64,000 nucleotides of DNA from Mobula hypostoma (lineage: Eukaryota): the NCBI RefSeq assembly GCF_963921235.1, contig NC_086097.1, forward strand, positions 104,720,001 through 104,784,000, in the 5' to 3' direction. A model generated the notes under the pieces. It did no database searches and was not told the DNA's origin. It was given only the letters and a program-made list of their open reading frames with translations. Numbering within the stretch: position 1 is the stretch's first letter; each line of letters begins with the position of its first letter. Below are positions 1-12,395 of this stretch, piece after piece. Both the position numbers and the translations under genes were made by a program.

Positions 1-780
1 ACCTGGGAGATCGAGTCCGTAGTTAGAGAGGACCAACAGACTCAGACAGACCCAGGCAATGCTCCCCCCTCCCCAGTCGTCTCTTCGTGCCTGACTCTGT
101 CTGTTCACAGGTTCTTCAGTGGGGACATACTTCCCGGTTCCCCTGCCATCCTGGAATCGGTCGCACCCTGTCCCTTTTAAAGCAACATCTCTGGTGGTCC
201 ACCAAAGATGTTGACACTTGCTCCTTTGTCTCTGCCTGTACAATGTGTGCTGCGGTAAAGCCTCCCATCGGCCACCTGCTGGGTTGCTTCGTCCCCTACC
301 TGTCCCTAGCCGCCCTTGGTCCCACATAGCTCTCGATTTCATCACTGGTCTACCCCCTTCACATGGTAATACAGCTATATTGTGGACCGTTTTTCCAAAG
401 CCGTGCACTTCATAGCCCTTCCCAAATTCCCTACAGCCCGTGAAACAGCCGACCTCCTTGTACAACACGTCTTCCGCCTTCATGGAATTCCCTCCGACAT
501 CGTTTCTGACCAGGGGCCTCAGTTCATCTCCCAAGTCTGGAAGTCCTTCTGTCAAGCCCTCGGAGCTTCAGTTAGTCTGTCTTCCGGTTTCCATCCACAG
601 ACGAATGGTCAGATGGAGTGAGCCAATCAGGATTTGGAAGAAGCACTGCGCTGCATTTCCGCCAGTAACCCGTCATCCTGGAGCACATATGCCCACAACT
701 CCCTGACCAGCACCACCACCATTATGTCCCCTTTCAAATGTTCTCTTGGCTATCAACCCCCTCTGTTTCCTGCCCACAAA
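1..780 (+). mobile_element. Ty3/Gypsy pol fragment (integrase zinc finger + DDE core), frameshifted
   Basis: Consecutive frames give GHTSRFPCHPG...CTMC (HHCC), [25 protein letters not shown] and [11 protein letters not shown]...[17 protein letters not shown]...[10 protein letters not shown], all typical Gypsy integrase motifs; truncated by the window edge. Confidence 0.92.
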
Positions 781-874
781 GACAACTGATGATCATAACA
801 CCATCTCAAAGCAGTCCTCGTCTCTCTCTCTCTTTTCCCTTCTCTCTCTCTTTTGAAAACAACATGTCGGTGTT

Positions 875-906
<32 letters not shown>

Positions 907-1039
907 TTTCAAAAGCACAGAGGTAATTCTGGACCTTGTCACACCCGCTTCCTTCAGAAAAAAAATTTTTGATGAAGGCGAAAATTTTTTTTAGTCTATA
1001 TGTAAATTACAGAGTTTGAAACAATACCTGTATGATCAT

Positions 1040-4000
1040 CAGATATTGGGTCTATGGTCTCACCCCTAAGCTCTACTGTCTGTAGTCTATGGTTTTTCTT
1101 CCAAGCTCTGCAGTCTGAGGTCTATGGTCTATGGCCTAAGGTCTACAGTCTGAGCTCTATGATCTGTCCTCTATGGTCGCTGACCTAAGCTGTATGCTCT
1201 GCAGTTTGTGTTCTGGGGTCTCTGGCCTATGCTGTCCTATTTGTGCTATATGAACTCTGGTCTACGGTCTCTGGCCTAACCTCTATAGCCTGTGGTGTGT
1301 GGCCTCTGACCTTATCTCCACAGTCTGTGGTCTCTGGTCTTTAGCAGAAGCTCTTCGATCTGTTGTCTTGGTTTGTGGCCCGTGATCTCTGGCCCAAACT
1401 CATCGAACTGTGTTCTACAGTGTGTGGTCTATCGTCTCCAGTCTAAGCTCGATTGCCTGTTCTCTACTGTCTGTAGTCTCTGGTCACTCATAGAAGCTCT
1501 GTGGTCTATGGTCAATGGCCTATGCTGTACAGTCTGTGCTCTATGATCTGTCATCTATGCTCTCTGATCTAAGCTCTATGGACTATGTCCTAGATTCTGT
1601 GGTCTCTGGTCTCTGGTCTCTGGTCTAAGCTCTACGATCTGTGCTATACAGACTGTGGTCTATGGTCTCTGGCAGTCGTTCAACAGTCTGTGGTCTATGG
1701 TTTCTAGCCGAAGCTCTTCGGTCTGTGCTCTATGGTTGGTGGTCTGTGGTCTCTGGCCTAAGCTTTATGGTCTGTGGCCTATGGTTTCTGGCCTAAGCTC
1801 GACAGTCTGTGGTCTATGTTCTCTAGCTGAAGCTCATCGGTTTATGCTTTACGATTTGTGTCCTATGGTCTCTAGCCTTCACTCTTCGAACTGTTTTCTG
1901 TGGTCTATGGTCTCTAGGTTAAGCTCTACTGCCTGTAGTCTATGGTTTTCCTTCCAAGCTCTGCGTTCTGTGGTCTATGGTCACTGGCCTAAGCTCTACG
2001 GTCTCACACCTGTGCTCTAAGGACTATGCTGTACAGTTTTTGGTCTGTGGTCTCTGGCCTAAACTCTACGATCTGTGCTCTACATATTGTGGTCTACAAT
2101 CTCTGGCATAAGCTCTATCATCTGTGGTCTTTGGTCTCTGGCCAAAGCGCTATGGTCTGTGGTCTATGCCATAGACTCTACGGTCTCCAGCTGAAGCTCA
2201 TCGGTCTGTGCTCTATGGTTTGTGGTCTGTGATCTCTGGCCTAAACTCTTCAAACTGGGTTCTGCAGTCTGTGGTCTATGATCTCTAGCCTAAACCTACG
2301 GTTTCTTTTGCAAGCTGTGCCATCTGTGGTCAATTGTCACTGGCCTAAGCTCTACGGTCTGTGCTCTGTGATCTGCCATCTGTGGTCTATGACATAAGAT
2401 GTATGGACTATGTTCTACAGTCTGTGGTCTATGGTCACTGGCCTAAGCTCTACGGTCTGAGCTATATGATCTATCCTCTATGGTAGATTTGTCCTCTATG
2501 GTAGCTGACCTAAGGTCTATGGAGTACGCTCAACAACCTGAGGTCTGTGGTCTCTGGCCTAATCTCTAAGATCTGTGCTATACGTACTGTGGTCTATGGT
2601 CCCTGCCCTAATATCTGTGGTTTTTGGTCTATGGTCTCCAGTCTAAGCTCTTTAGTCTGTGCTCTACAGTTTGTGGTCTATGGTCTCTGGCCCAAATTCT
2701 TTGAACTGTGTTCTGCAGTCTGTGGGCTATGGTCTTTAGCCTAAGCTCTACGATCTGTGGAACATGGATTCTGGCCTAATATTTATGGTCTCTGCCGGAA
2801 ACTGCACGGTCTGTGGACAATGGTTTCTGGCCAAAGCATACTGCTCTATGCTCTCTGGCCTAAGCTCGACAGTCTGTGGTCTCCAGTCTCTGGCACTAGC
2901 TCTACTCTCTGTGGTCTATGGTCTCTGCCATTTGATCTTGAGTATGAACTCGATAGTCTATGGTCTATGTTCTCTGGCCTAAGCTCTACACTCTGTGCTC
3001 TCTGATCTGTCGTTTATGGTCTCTAATCTAAGCTCTATGGACAATGCCCTACACTCTGTGGTCTGTGGTCTCGGGCCTAAGTTCTACGATCTGTGCTATT
3101 CCTAAGCACTACAGTCTGAGGTCTATGGTCCCTATCCGAAGCTCTTCAGCCTATGCTCTGTGGTCGATGGTCTATGTCCTCTGGCCTAAGGTCTGTGGTC
3201 CATGGTCTCTGGCTGACTCTCTACAGTTTGAGCTCTGTGGTCTGTCGTCTATGGCCTCTGGCCTAAGCTGTAAGGTCCGTAATCTATAGACTCTGGACGA
3301 AGCTCTTCAGTCTGTGGTATACTGTCAGTGGTCAACATTCTGTGGTCCATGGTCTTTAGCCTGACCTCTTCTATCTGTGCTTTACGGTTTGTGGTCTATA
3401 ATCTCTGGCCTAAGCTCTACAGTCTGTGCCCTCTGATCTGTCATTTATTGTCTCTAATCTAAGGTGTGTTGGCACGTGGCCAAGTGGTTAAGGCGTCGGT
3501 CTAGTGATCTGAAGGTCGTTAGTTCGAGCCTCAGCTGAGGCAGCGTGTTGTATCCTTCAGCAAGGCACTTAACCACACATTGCTCTGCAACCAATCGGTG
3601 CCAAGCTGTATCTGCCCTAGTGCCCTCCACGGTCTGTGGATGATGGTCTGTACCCAAAGCAGTTTGTGGTCTGTGCTCTCTGGCCTAAGCTCTATTTTCT
3701 ATGGTCTATGGTCTCTGCCATTTGATCTTGAGTATGAACTCAATAGTCTATTGTATACGTTCTCTGGCCTAAGCTCTACTTCTGTGCTCTCTGATCTGTA
3801 GTTCATGGTCTCTAATCTAAGGTCAATGGACTATGCCCTACACTCTGTGGTCTGTGGTCTCTGGCCTAAGCTCTGTGGTCTGTGGTATATGTTCTCTAGC
3901 CTAAGCTCTACAGTCTGCGCTCTACCATCTGTTTTTGATGGTCTCTAGCCTATACTCGATGGTCTGTGGTCTGTGTTCTCTGGCCTAAGCTCTATGGTCT

Positions 4001-5031
4001 GCGGTATATGGTCTCTGGCCTAAGCTCTACAGTCTGTACTCAATGGTCTCTGACCTAAGCTCTACAGTCTGTGCTCTACATCAGTTGTCTATAGTCTCTG
4101 GCCAAAGCTCCATGAGCTGTGCTCTATGGTCTATGACCTAAGCTCTACAGACTGTCCTCTATGGCCTGTGGTAGATATTCTCAGGCCAAACCTCTATGGT
4201 GTGTGCTCTTTGATCTGAGATCTATGTTCTCTGGCCAAAGCTCTACAGTCTGTCCTCTACAGCCTGTGGTAGATGTTCTCAGGCCTAACCTCCACCGTCT
4301 GCACTCTAAAACCTGTGGTCAAGGGTCTCTGGCCAAAGCTCTACAGTCTGTGGCCTATGGTCTCTGGCCCATTCTGTATGTTCAGTGGTCTATGCTCTCT
4401 GGCCTAAGCTCTTACAGTCTGTAGTCTATGGTTTGTGATAAACAGTCTCTGGCCTAACCTCTGTGGTCTGTGGTCAAAGGTCTCTGGCCTAAACTCTATG
4501 CTCTGTGGTCTATGGCCCCTGGCCAAAGCTCTGTGGGCTGTGGTCTATGTCTCTGGCCTCAGCTCTACGGTCTATACTCTACGTTCTGTGGCCTAAGCTC
4601 TGCGTACTGTCCTCTACGGTCAGAGGTATATAGTCTAAGGCCTAAGCTATACGGTCTCTGCTCTATGGTCTGTGGTCTGTGGTCTGTGGTCTCTGGACTA
4701 AACTCTACGGTCTGTGATCTGTCATCTCTGGCCTAAGCTCTACAGTCTGTGCTGTATGGTCTGTGGTCTATAGTCTCTGGCCTAAACTCTATGGCCTGCG
4801 GTCTATGACCTCTGTCCCATGTTCTACTGTCTATGCTCTCTGGTCTCTGGCCTAAGTTCTACGGTCTGTGGTCTATGGTCTCTGGCCAAAACTCTATGGA
4901 TGTGCCCTACAGTCTGTGCTCTGTGGTCTCTGGTCTAAGCTCTACGGTTTGTGGTCTATTGTCTCTGGCCAGATCTCTATGGGCTGTGCTCTATCATCTG
5001 TGGTCTATGGTGTCTAGCCTAAGCTCTATGG
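1040..5031. repeat. Degenerate 7-nt satellite, block A (TCTGTGG/TCTATGG/TCTCTGG/CCTAAGC/TCTACAG)
   Basis: Parses in 7-nt phase, e.g. from 3844: tctgtgg tctgtgg tctctgg cctaagc tctgtgg tctgtgg tatatgt tctctag cctaagc tctacag. Confidence 0.95.
3463..3627 (+). mobile_element. tRNA-derived SINE (head type A, CORE-like body)
   Basis: A box TGGCCAAGTGG (3477-3487), B box GTTCGAGCC (3522-3530), then TCCTTCAGCAAGGCACTTAACC resembling the CORE-SINE domain; related copy at 27400. Confidence 0.8.
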
Positions 5032-5167
5032 CAGGGTTCCCCAGTTAGTTTTCCACAAGGGCCAAATTATGTCAAGCATGCCAAGCCAAGGGCCCAAACG
5101 TCCAGGGTTTTTTTTCATTGCGCTAGTAAGTTTTTTATGGGCAGATGTTGTTGTTGCTGCTATTACC

Positions 5168-5187
5168 ATTATTATTATTATTATTAT

Positions 5188-5240
<53 letters not shown>
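5168..5240. repeat. (ATT)n-(AGT)n compound microsatellite
   Basis: Seen directly; source of the poly-Ile/Ser/Leu ORFs. Confidence 0.95.
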
Positions 5241-5647
5241 ATAATTTAGGCCTGGGATTCTCAAAGACTGTGTTGTGGGTCACACAAGAAAAAAATATGC
5301 ACTCTTGAAACAAAATAAGTCCAAAACCAACCATTTAATTATGACTGTAGCTGTCAGCTGTCACATTGAGAACTCATCTGGGACTTAAATACACACACAC
5401 ACACACACAAACACACACTGTAAACATGGTAGTCTTCACCACTTCTCTTCCGCACAAAGTTTTAGTAGTACTGCCTTTTCCACTGTTTCTGTTCTCTCAT
5501 TTAATCTATTTGTTCTTTTTAATTAAGCTATGTAGCATTTGAAGTATGAGGTGTAGCTATAAATGAAATTATCAGTATTATTGTTGTTGTAATATTATTA
5601 TACCACAATAAGATTGACATATGGACAAAAATAAATTGATTCACTCA

Positions 5648-7112
5648 CTAATCAGTGAGAGAAGTGACAGCGACGGGATGAGGCAATCTTTCTGATGTGG
5701 GCCTGTATTTTGTTGTGGCAATCCTGAGGCACTGGCCAAGATGGGCATTGGAGAGTCTGTTTCTGTCCTGGTTCTTGATAGAGTTCATTGAAGAAAACGA
5801 TGACTCACATATGTATGTGGAGGGGAACAGTGTGAGTAGGAGCATTGCAATAGCTCTCCTGTTTTTGAATTGAGCTCGGGGAACCAGGTTGATCCAAATG
5901 TCACTCACCCCAATGTCCTTGTGTTGTGCTTTAAGCAAATCAAATGTTCCCATTTCCAAGACCTCCATCTGAAGAGTTGCCTCATCTATGGAAGGCACCA
6001 GCCTTTTGGCCTCTGCAGTCCACTGGCCGTCAGCTGAAATGGAGAACGGCTGTCTCAGGAAGAGGAGGATGTCACCTGAGAGTTTAAGGGAGATTTCAAA
6101 TCCTTCCCTGAAGTTTTCTGCCAGGCTCGTCACAAAATCCTTCATCACTGGATCCTCTCGCATTTCGTTCTTCTCTCAATGCTCCCGCAGACGTGGAAAG
6201 TGCAACTTTCTCCCGTGAATGACTCTCCAAAAGGTTCAGCTTTGACCGGAAAGCTTCAATCGCCTCGTACATTTCCGCAACAGTGTGGTTGTTGCCTTGT
6301 AATTGTAGATTAAGTTGACTTAGATGAGACATGATGTCACACAAAAAAAAACATGTGCCATCACTTTGTTGTCGCTTAAAAACCTCTTAAATCCTTGGGC
6401 TTTTTGGCTCTGTAGGCTAGATAAAAATGACACAAGCTCATTGCGCAGGTCACACACCCTCTCCAACACACGGCCTTTGCTCAGCCAGCGAACATCATTA
6501 TGCAGCAAAAGATCTTTGTGTTCCGCTGACATTTCCTCCAGCAATGCTCTGAAAAGGTGATGTTGCAGCCTAGAACTCTCACGAACGAAATTTACCGGTC
6601 TCGCCACAGTATCCATCGCCTCTTTCATTTCCCCACACAGTTTAGCGCAGAACAATAGCTTTAATAGCTCCACAACCGTTTTCTTGGTTTTCTCATCATG
6701 ACTTAAAACTTCGCCAACCATATCAATTGCACACATTTTAATCAACTCGGCATCAGCGAATGGCTTCTTAGCTTTGGCAAGATTCCATTACACATGCAAT
6801 GATGCAGCTGTTGCGCTCTCTTGCGTAGATGTTGACTTACATATAGTAGAAACGGAGTGCTTGTATGATGTTATCATATTTGCAATTTTTTGTTTGCGTT
6901 TTTTCTGATTTTGCAGGGTAGTTGGCATTAAAACTGGCAGCATGCATAGTGTTGAAGTGCCACTTTAGATTTTCTGATTTGTAGACAGCTACGGACTGCA
7001 TGCATATTAAGCATGTCGGTTTAGTGTTGGCATGGTCCGGTAAAATAAAAGAAAACTTATCAGACCAGTCAGATTTGAACTGGTCGACTTTGCGCTTTTT
7101 CGCGCAGGCCAT
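5648..7112 (-). pseudogene. hAT transposase pseudogene (frameshifts, internal deletion)
   Basis: BED-like finger PTCLIC...NLKWHFNTMH, LLHNDVRWLSKGRVLERV, LNLQLQG, and hATC dimerisation motif LFPSTYICESSFSSMNSIK spread over several frames. Confidence 0.9.
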
Positions 7113-8685
7113 GTTGTTCTTGGTTTAGGGTCCGTGACTTACTGCTGGTAACAATTTGCTTAGATGACAGATTCGCTTCTTAGGTGACAGGCGGGTAGGT
7201 GGTGCGTGGCACTGTCTAGTCGAAGACCGTAGAGAGCGCGCAGTCGGTCAAGTGTAAAGTGTGGGATGAGCTTAAATTAAATTAGAGCCGCGCGCCCTTT
7301 ATTTACATATTATGACCGGTGCGTTCACGTAAGTGCCAATGGGTCGGCCCGGTCCAGATATTTGGTTCTCGCGGTCCGACTATTGGGGTTGTCTGCTCTA
7401 TGGTCTGCGTTCTATACTCTATGGCCTATGTTCTATGCTCTATGCTCTCTGCTTTATTTTCTGTGGTGCCTGCTGTATGCTCTATGGTCTATGCTTTACG
7501 TTCTATGCTCTATGCTATACGCTCTCTGCTCCATGTTCTGTGTACTCTGTGCTATGTTCTAAGGTCTATACTCTATGGTCTATGCCCTAGGCTCTATACT
7601 GTATGCTCGAGGCTCTATGTGTTCTAAGGTCAAAGGTCTATACTCTGCGGTCTGTGCCCTAGGCACTATTCTGTATGCTTGAGGCTCTTTGCTCTACAGT
7701 CTATTGTCAATGTTGTATGCTCTATGGTCTATGGTCCTTGTTCTGTGTTCTATTTTCTATGGTCTATGCTCTAGACTCTGTGTTCTATGCTCTATGGTCT
7801 TCGGTCTATGGTCATGCTCTATGGTCATGTCTATACACTGTGCGCTATGGTCTATGTTCTATGCTCCATGCTCTATGACCTATGCACTATGGTCTGTGTT
7901 CAATGGACTCTATGTTTTGCGGCCTATGCTCTATGCGCTAATATCTACTATTTAGTGTCTACGTTCTAGGTTCTATGGTCTATGCTCTGGGCTCTATGTT
8001 TTGCAGTCTATGCTCTCTGCTCTATGGTCTATGTGCCTTAGCTTCTATGCTCTATCTATGCTGTATGGTTGAATGTCAATACAGTATGCTCTATGATCTA
8101 TGGTCTATTGACAATGCTGTATGATCTATGGACTATGTTCCATTGTCTATGCTCTCTGCTCTACTTTCTGTGGAATGTTCTCTATGCGCTGTGCTCTATA
8201 GTCTGTTGTCAATGCCGTATGCTCTATGATCTATTGGCGATGTTGTGCATTTTATGGTCTATGGTGAATGGTGTTTGGTCTATGCTCTATGGTCCATTTA
8301 TTTTCTATGGCCTATGCCCTCTGCTCTATGTTCTGTGGTCTGTGCTCAATGCACTCTGGTCTATGCTCTATGGTGTTTGGTCTACGGTCTATGCACTATG
8401 TTCTATGCTCTATGGACTATCTACAATGCTACGTGCTCTATGTTTTATGCACCATTGTCTACACAGAGTCTATGCTCTGTGCTCCAGGCTCTATGCTCCA
8501 TGCTGTATGATCTATCCTCTATACTCTATGGTCTATGCTCGCTGCTCCATGTTCTATATTCTATGGTTTATGGTCGCTGCTCTCGGCTCTATGATCAGCT
8601 CTCGGACTATGCTCTATGGTCTCTGCTATTTGGTCGATGCTCTCTGTTCTATCCTCACTGCTCTGTGTTCTGTGGTCTATGCTCC

Positions 8686-10256
8686 TGTCACAATGGCGGG
8701 GGGCAAAGGGAGCAAGGGTGGACCCAAATGCAAGATACATCTTGTGAGGTTAATTAAATTTAGTTTATTGTTTGATATCAGGAGAGCTAGGCAGGAGCAG
8801 GAGTAGCGAACTGGACAAGGACTGAGGACTAGGACTAGGCTGGGATCAAGGGTTCAGGCTAGGACTCAGAATCGGCTCCCAGAACTAGAGGAGACATGAA
8901 GAGGCTAGGGTATGGACTCCGAGCCCGAGACTGGGCAAGGACCCAGTACCTGGGTCTTGCCTCGGGCTTGGACCCCAGAACCAGGCATGGACATGACATG
9001 GGCTAGGGAGAGGAGGAACATGGGAACACAGAGCCTCGGTCTCGGGAAAGCAGGTACATGCAACCATGGACACATACACAGAACAGAGAGCTGGGACCCC
9101 TCCTTGGGTACAGGACATAGGGCCGGGACTCACACACAGAACAGAGAGCCGGGACCCCTCCTTGGGTACAGGACATAGGGCCGGGACTCCCACACAGAAC
9201 AGAGAGCTGGGACCCCTCCTTGGGTACAGGACATAGGGCCCGGACTCATGACCCTCCGCGGGGCAACGGCAGACGGCCTGACTTACCCCACGGAGGCGAG
9301 GACAAGACATGACAAGACATGACCCCCACGGGGCAACGGCAAGACGGCCTGACTTACCCCACGGAGGCAAGGACAGGACGAGACATGACTCCCCGCGGGG
9401 CAACGGCAAGACGGCCAGACTTACCCCACGGAGGTGAGGACAAGACAAGACAAGACCAACATGAATGAACACCAGACAGTATCTATCTAGCTCGGTGATG
9501 GAACTAGACCGAAGTGCAGGCGGGGGCTGCAGACGAGGGCTAGAGGCGAGAGGGGCAGAGAAGGGATTCAGACAAGGGGGTAGGACAGGAATCACAGACC
9601 GCCAGGGCCAGGACTTGACTCAGAACTGGGAAGCTGCCAGGACCAGGACTTGACATGGTACTTGAACGCCGCCAGGGCCAGGACATAGATGTGGTACTTG
9701 AACACCGCCGGAGCCAGGATGTGGACATGGTACTTGGATGCCGCCGGAGCCAGGACGTGGATGTGGTACTTGGATGCTGCCAGAGCCAGAACGTGGACGT
9801 GGTACTTGGATGCCGCCGGAGCCAGGACGTGGTGCTTGGAACCTCCGGGTAGTGCCGAGCTCTCGACTTGGCCCGGGAACAGTAGACAGCGGCTCTTGAT
9901 TCTCTCCGGCAGGTTAACTGACGGCCCCAACTTGAAGAGGAAACTTTGGAGGCTCGCTTCGGTGAGGTAACTGGACTGGATTGTTCCGGTGAGGAAGGGC
10001 GAATTACTGGCACTCGCTTCAGGCGGAGACAAGGCTTGCTCCGACCAGATGACATTGACACGCCGTGACTGTGCAAACCTTGCAGACGCACCCGCACCAA
10101 ACGGCTGAAAGCCGGAGAGTATAAACTACCGGTTCAGCCGAGTATTAATTGCCTCTAATCACCAAAGTCGAGGAACACGGGAAAACAGGGAATCAACGGT
10201 TCGGATCGTAACATAAACAAGCTAAATTTAAAGGGACCCCAATCCGGACCATGACA
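8686..10256 (-). mobile_element. Solo LTR (Gypsy-type) with internal minisatellites
   Basis: Starts TGTCA, ends TGACA, exact 5-bp TSD GCTCC (8681-8685, 10257-10261); AATAAA on the minus strand near 8765; no coding domains. Confidence 0.85.
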
Positions 10257-11025
10257 GCTCCATGCTCGAACATCTATTGTTTTGTGTCTATGCTCTATGT
10301 TCTATGGTCTATTGTCTCGATTCTATGATCAATGCTTTCTGATCTATTGTCTATGCTATAGGCTCTAGACTCTCTGCTCTAGGCTCTATGGTCTATCCTC
10401 TGTGCTTTGTGTTCTGTGGTCTATGCTCTATGGTCTATGCACTATGCTCCGTGCTGCATATTCATATTTTATCTTCTATGGTCTGTGGTCTATGCTCTAG
10501 ACTCTAATGTCTATGTTCTATGCTCTTATGCTCCAGTTTCTGTTGTCTATGCTCTAGGCTGTATGTGCTCTTTGCTCTATGGTCTAGGTTTTGAGGTCTA
10601 TACTCTATGGTCTATGTCCCAGGCGCTATACTGTATGCTTGAGGCTCTGTGCTCTACAGTCTATTGTCAGTGTTGAATGCTCTATGGTCAATGTTCTTTG
10701 TTCTGTGTTCTGTTTTCTATGGTCTATGCTCTATCCTCAATGGTCTTTGGTCTATGGTCATTCTCTATGCTCTGTGGTCTATGCTCTATGCTCTGTGCTG
10801 TATATGTTTTATCCTCTATGGTCTGTGGTCTATGCTCTATGCTCTAGTCTCTATTGTCTATGCCCTATGGTCTCTGTTGTATGTTCTGTGTTCTATTTTC
10901 TATATTATATGCTCTGGACTCTATGCTCCATGGTCTTTGGTCTATGGTCATGCTCTATGCTCTGTGGTCTATGCACCATGCTCTATGGTCTAGAGTCAAT
11001 ATCTATGCTCTAGGCTCTATGTTCT

Positions 11026-11132
11026 AAGAAACACAGGAACATAGAAAACCCACAATACAGGCCCTTTGGCCCACAATGCTGTGCCGAACATGTACTTACT
11101 TTAGAAATTACCTGGGTTTACCCATAGCCCTC
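11026..11132 (-). mobile_element. CR1-type LINE 3' end fragment
   Basis: Matches the 3' ends at 14874 and 36895 (acatagaaa...caggccct..ggcccaca...gtgccgaacatgt). Confidence 0.8.
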
Positions 11133-11364
11133 TATGATCTATGGTCTATTGACAAGGCTGTATGATATCTATGTATGATGTCTATGTTCTATGCTCTATA
11201 TACTCTGCACTAGGCTCTATGCTCGATTGGCTATGCTATATGGTCTATATGTCTATGGTCTATGCTCTATGCTCTAAGCTGTATTGTCAATGCTATGTAG
11301 TCTATGCTCTATCATCTACGGTCTATGCTCTTTGGTCTCTCCTAGCTGCTCTGTGTTCTGTAGT

Positions 11365-12395
11365 AACATAGAAACATAGAAAATAGGTGCAAGAGTAGGC
11401 CATTCGGCCCTTCGAGCCTGCACCACCATTCAGTGTGATCATGGCTGATCATCCAACTCAGAACCCTGTACCAGCCTTCCCCCCATACCCCCGATCCCTT
11501 TAGCCACAAGGGCCATATCTAACTCCCTCTTAAATATAGCCAATGAACTGGCCTGAACTGTTTCCTGTGGCACAGAATTCCACAGATTCACCACTCTCTG
11601 TGTGAAGAAGTTTTTCCTAATCTCGGTCCTAAAAGGCTTCCCCTTTATCCTCAAACTGTGACCCCTCGTTCTGGACTTCCCCAACATCGGGAATAATCTT
11701 CCTGCATCTAGCCTGTCCAATCCCTTTAGGATTTTATATGTTTCAATAAGATCCCCCCTCAATCTTCTAAATTCCAACGAGTATAAGCCTAGTCGATCCA
11801 GTCTTCCATCATATGAAAGTCCTGCCATCCCAGGAATCAACCTGGTGAACCTTCTGTGTACTCCCTCTATGGCAAGGATGTCTTTCCTCAGATTAGGGGA
11901 CCAAAACTGCACACAATACTCCAGGTGTGGTCTCACCAAGGCCCTGTACAACTACAGTAGTACCTCCCTGCTCCTGTACTCGAATCCTCTTGCTATGAAT
12001 GCCAGCATACCATTTGCCTTTTTCATCGCCTGCTGTACCTGAATGCCCACTTTCAATGACTGTTGTATAATGACACCCAGGTCTCGTTGCACCTCCCCTT
12101 TTCCTAATCGGCCACCATTCAGATAATCTGTTTTCCTGCTTTTGCCACAAAAGTGGATAACCTCACATTTATCCACATTAAATTGCATCTGCCATGAATT
12201 TGCCCACTCACCTAACCTATCCAAGTCACCCTGCATCCTCTTAGCATCCTCCTCACAGCTAACACTGCCGCCCAGCTTCGTGTCATCCGCAAACTTGGAG
12301 ATGCTGCATTTAATTCCCTCATCTAAGTCATTAATATATATTGTAAACAACTGGAGTCCGCACTGAGCCTTGCGGTACCCCATTGCCTGCCAGTC
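11365..12395 (-). mobile_element. CR1-type LINE, 5'-truncated RT/3' end
   Basis: LFTIYINDL...SKFADDTKLGG, LVRPHLEYCVQFWSP, FFTQRVVNLWN; (TTTCTATG)n tail. Confidence 0.93.

Larger units (their letters stand above)
5032..7395 (-). mobile_element. hAT DNA transposon (SPIN/Charlie/GTF2IRD2-like), non-functional
   Basis: Imperfect TIRs CAGGGTTCCCCA / CAGACAACCCCA(rc), flanked on both sides by 8-bp CTCTATGG (5024-5031, 7396-7403); contains a transposase relic. Confidence 0.9.

Noticed and set aside
781..943. Possible LTR end (TGTGACA on minus) next to the Gypsy fragment
   Set aside because: No partner terminus or TSD visible, so it cannot be supported as a feature
3463..3540. tRNA gene
   Set aside because: A and B boxes are present but I see no convincing acceptor stem or terminator, and it continues into a SINE body found elsewhere in the window
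5024..5031. CTCTATGG as independent proof of a clean hAT insertion
   Set aside because: The 8-mer is common in the satellite, so it is consistent with a TSD but weak evidence alone
9075..9845. CRISPR-like appearance of regular repeats
   Set aside because: Units are contiguous tandem copies with no unique spacers, no cas genes, and lie within a eukaryotic LTR
1655..11371. Many Leu/Cys/Tyr/Trp/Ser-rich ORFs
   Set aside because: They are translations of the 7-nt satellite in all three frames, with no domain or splice structure
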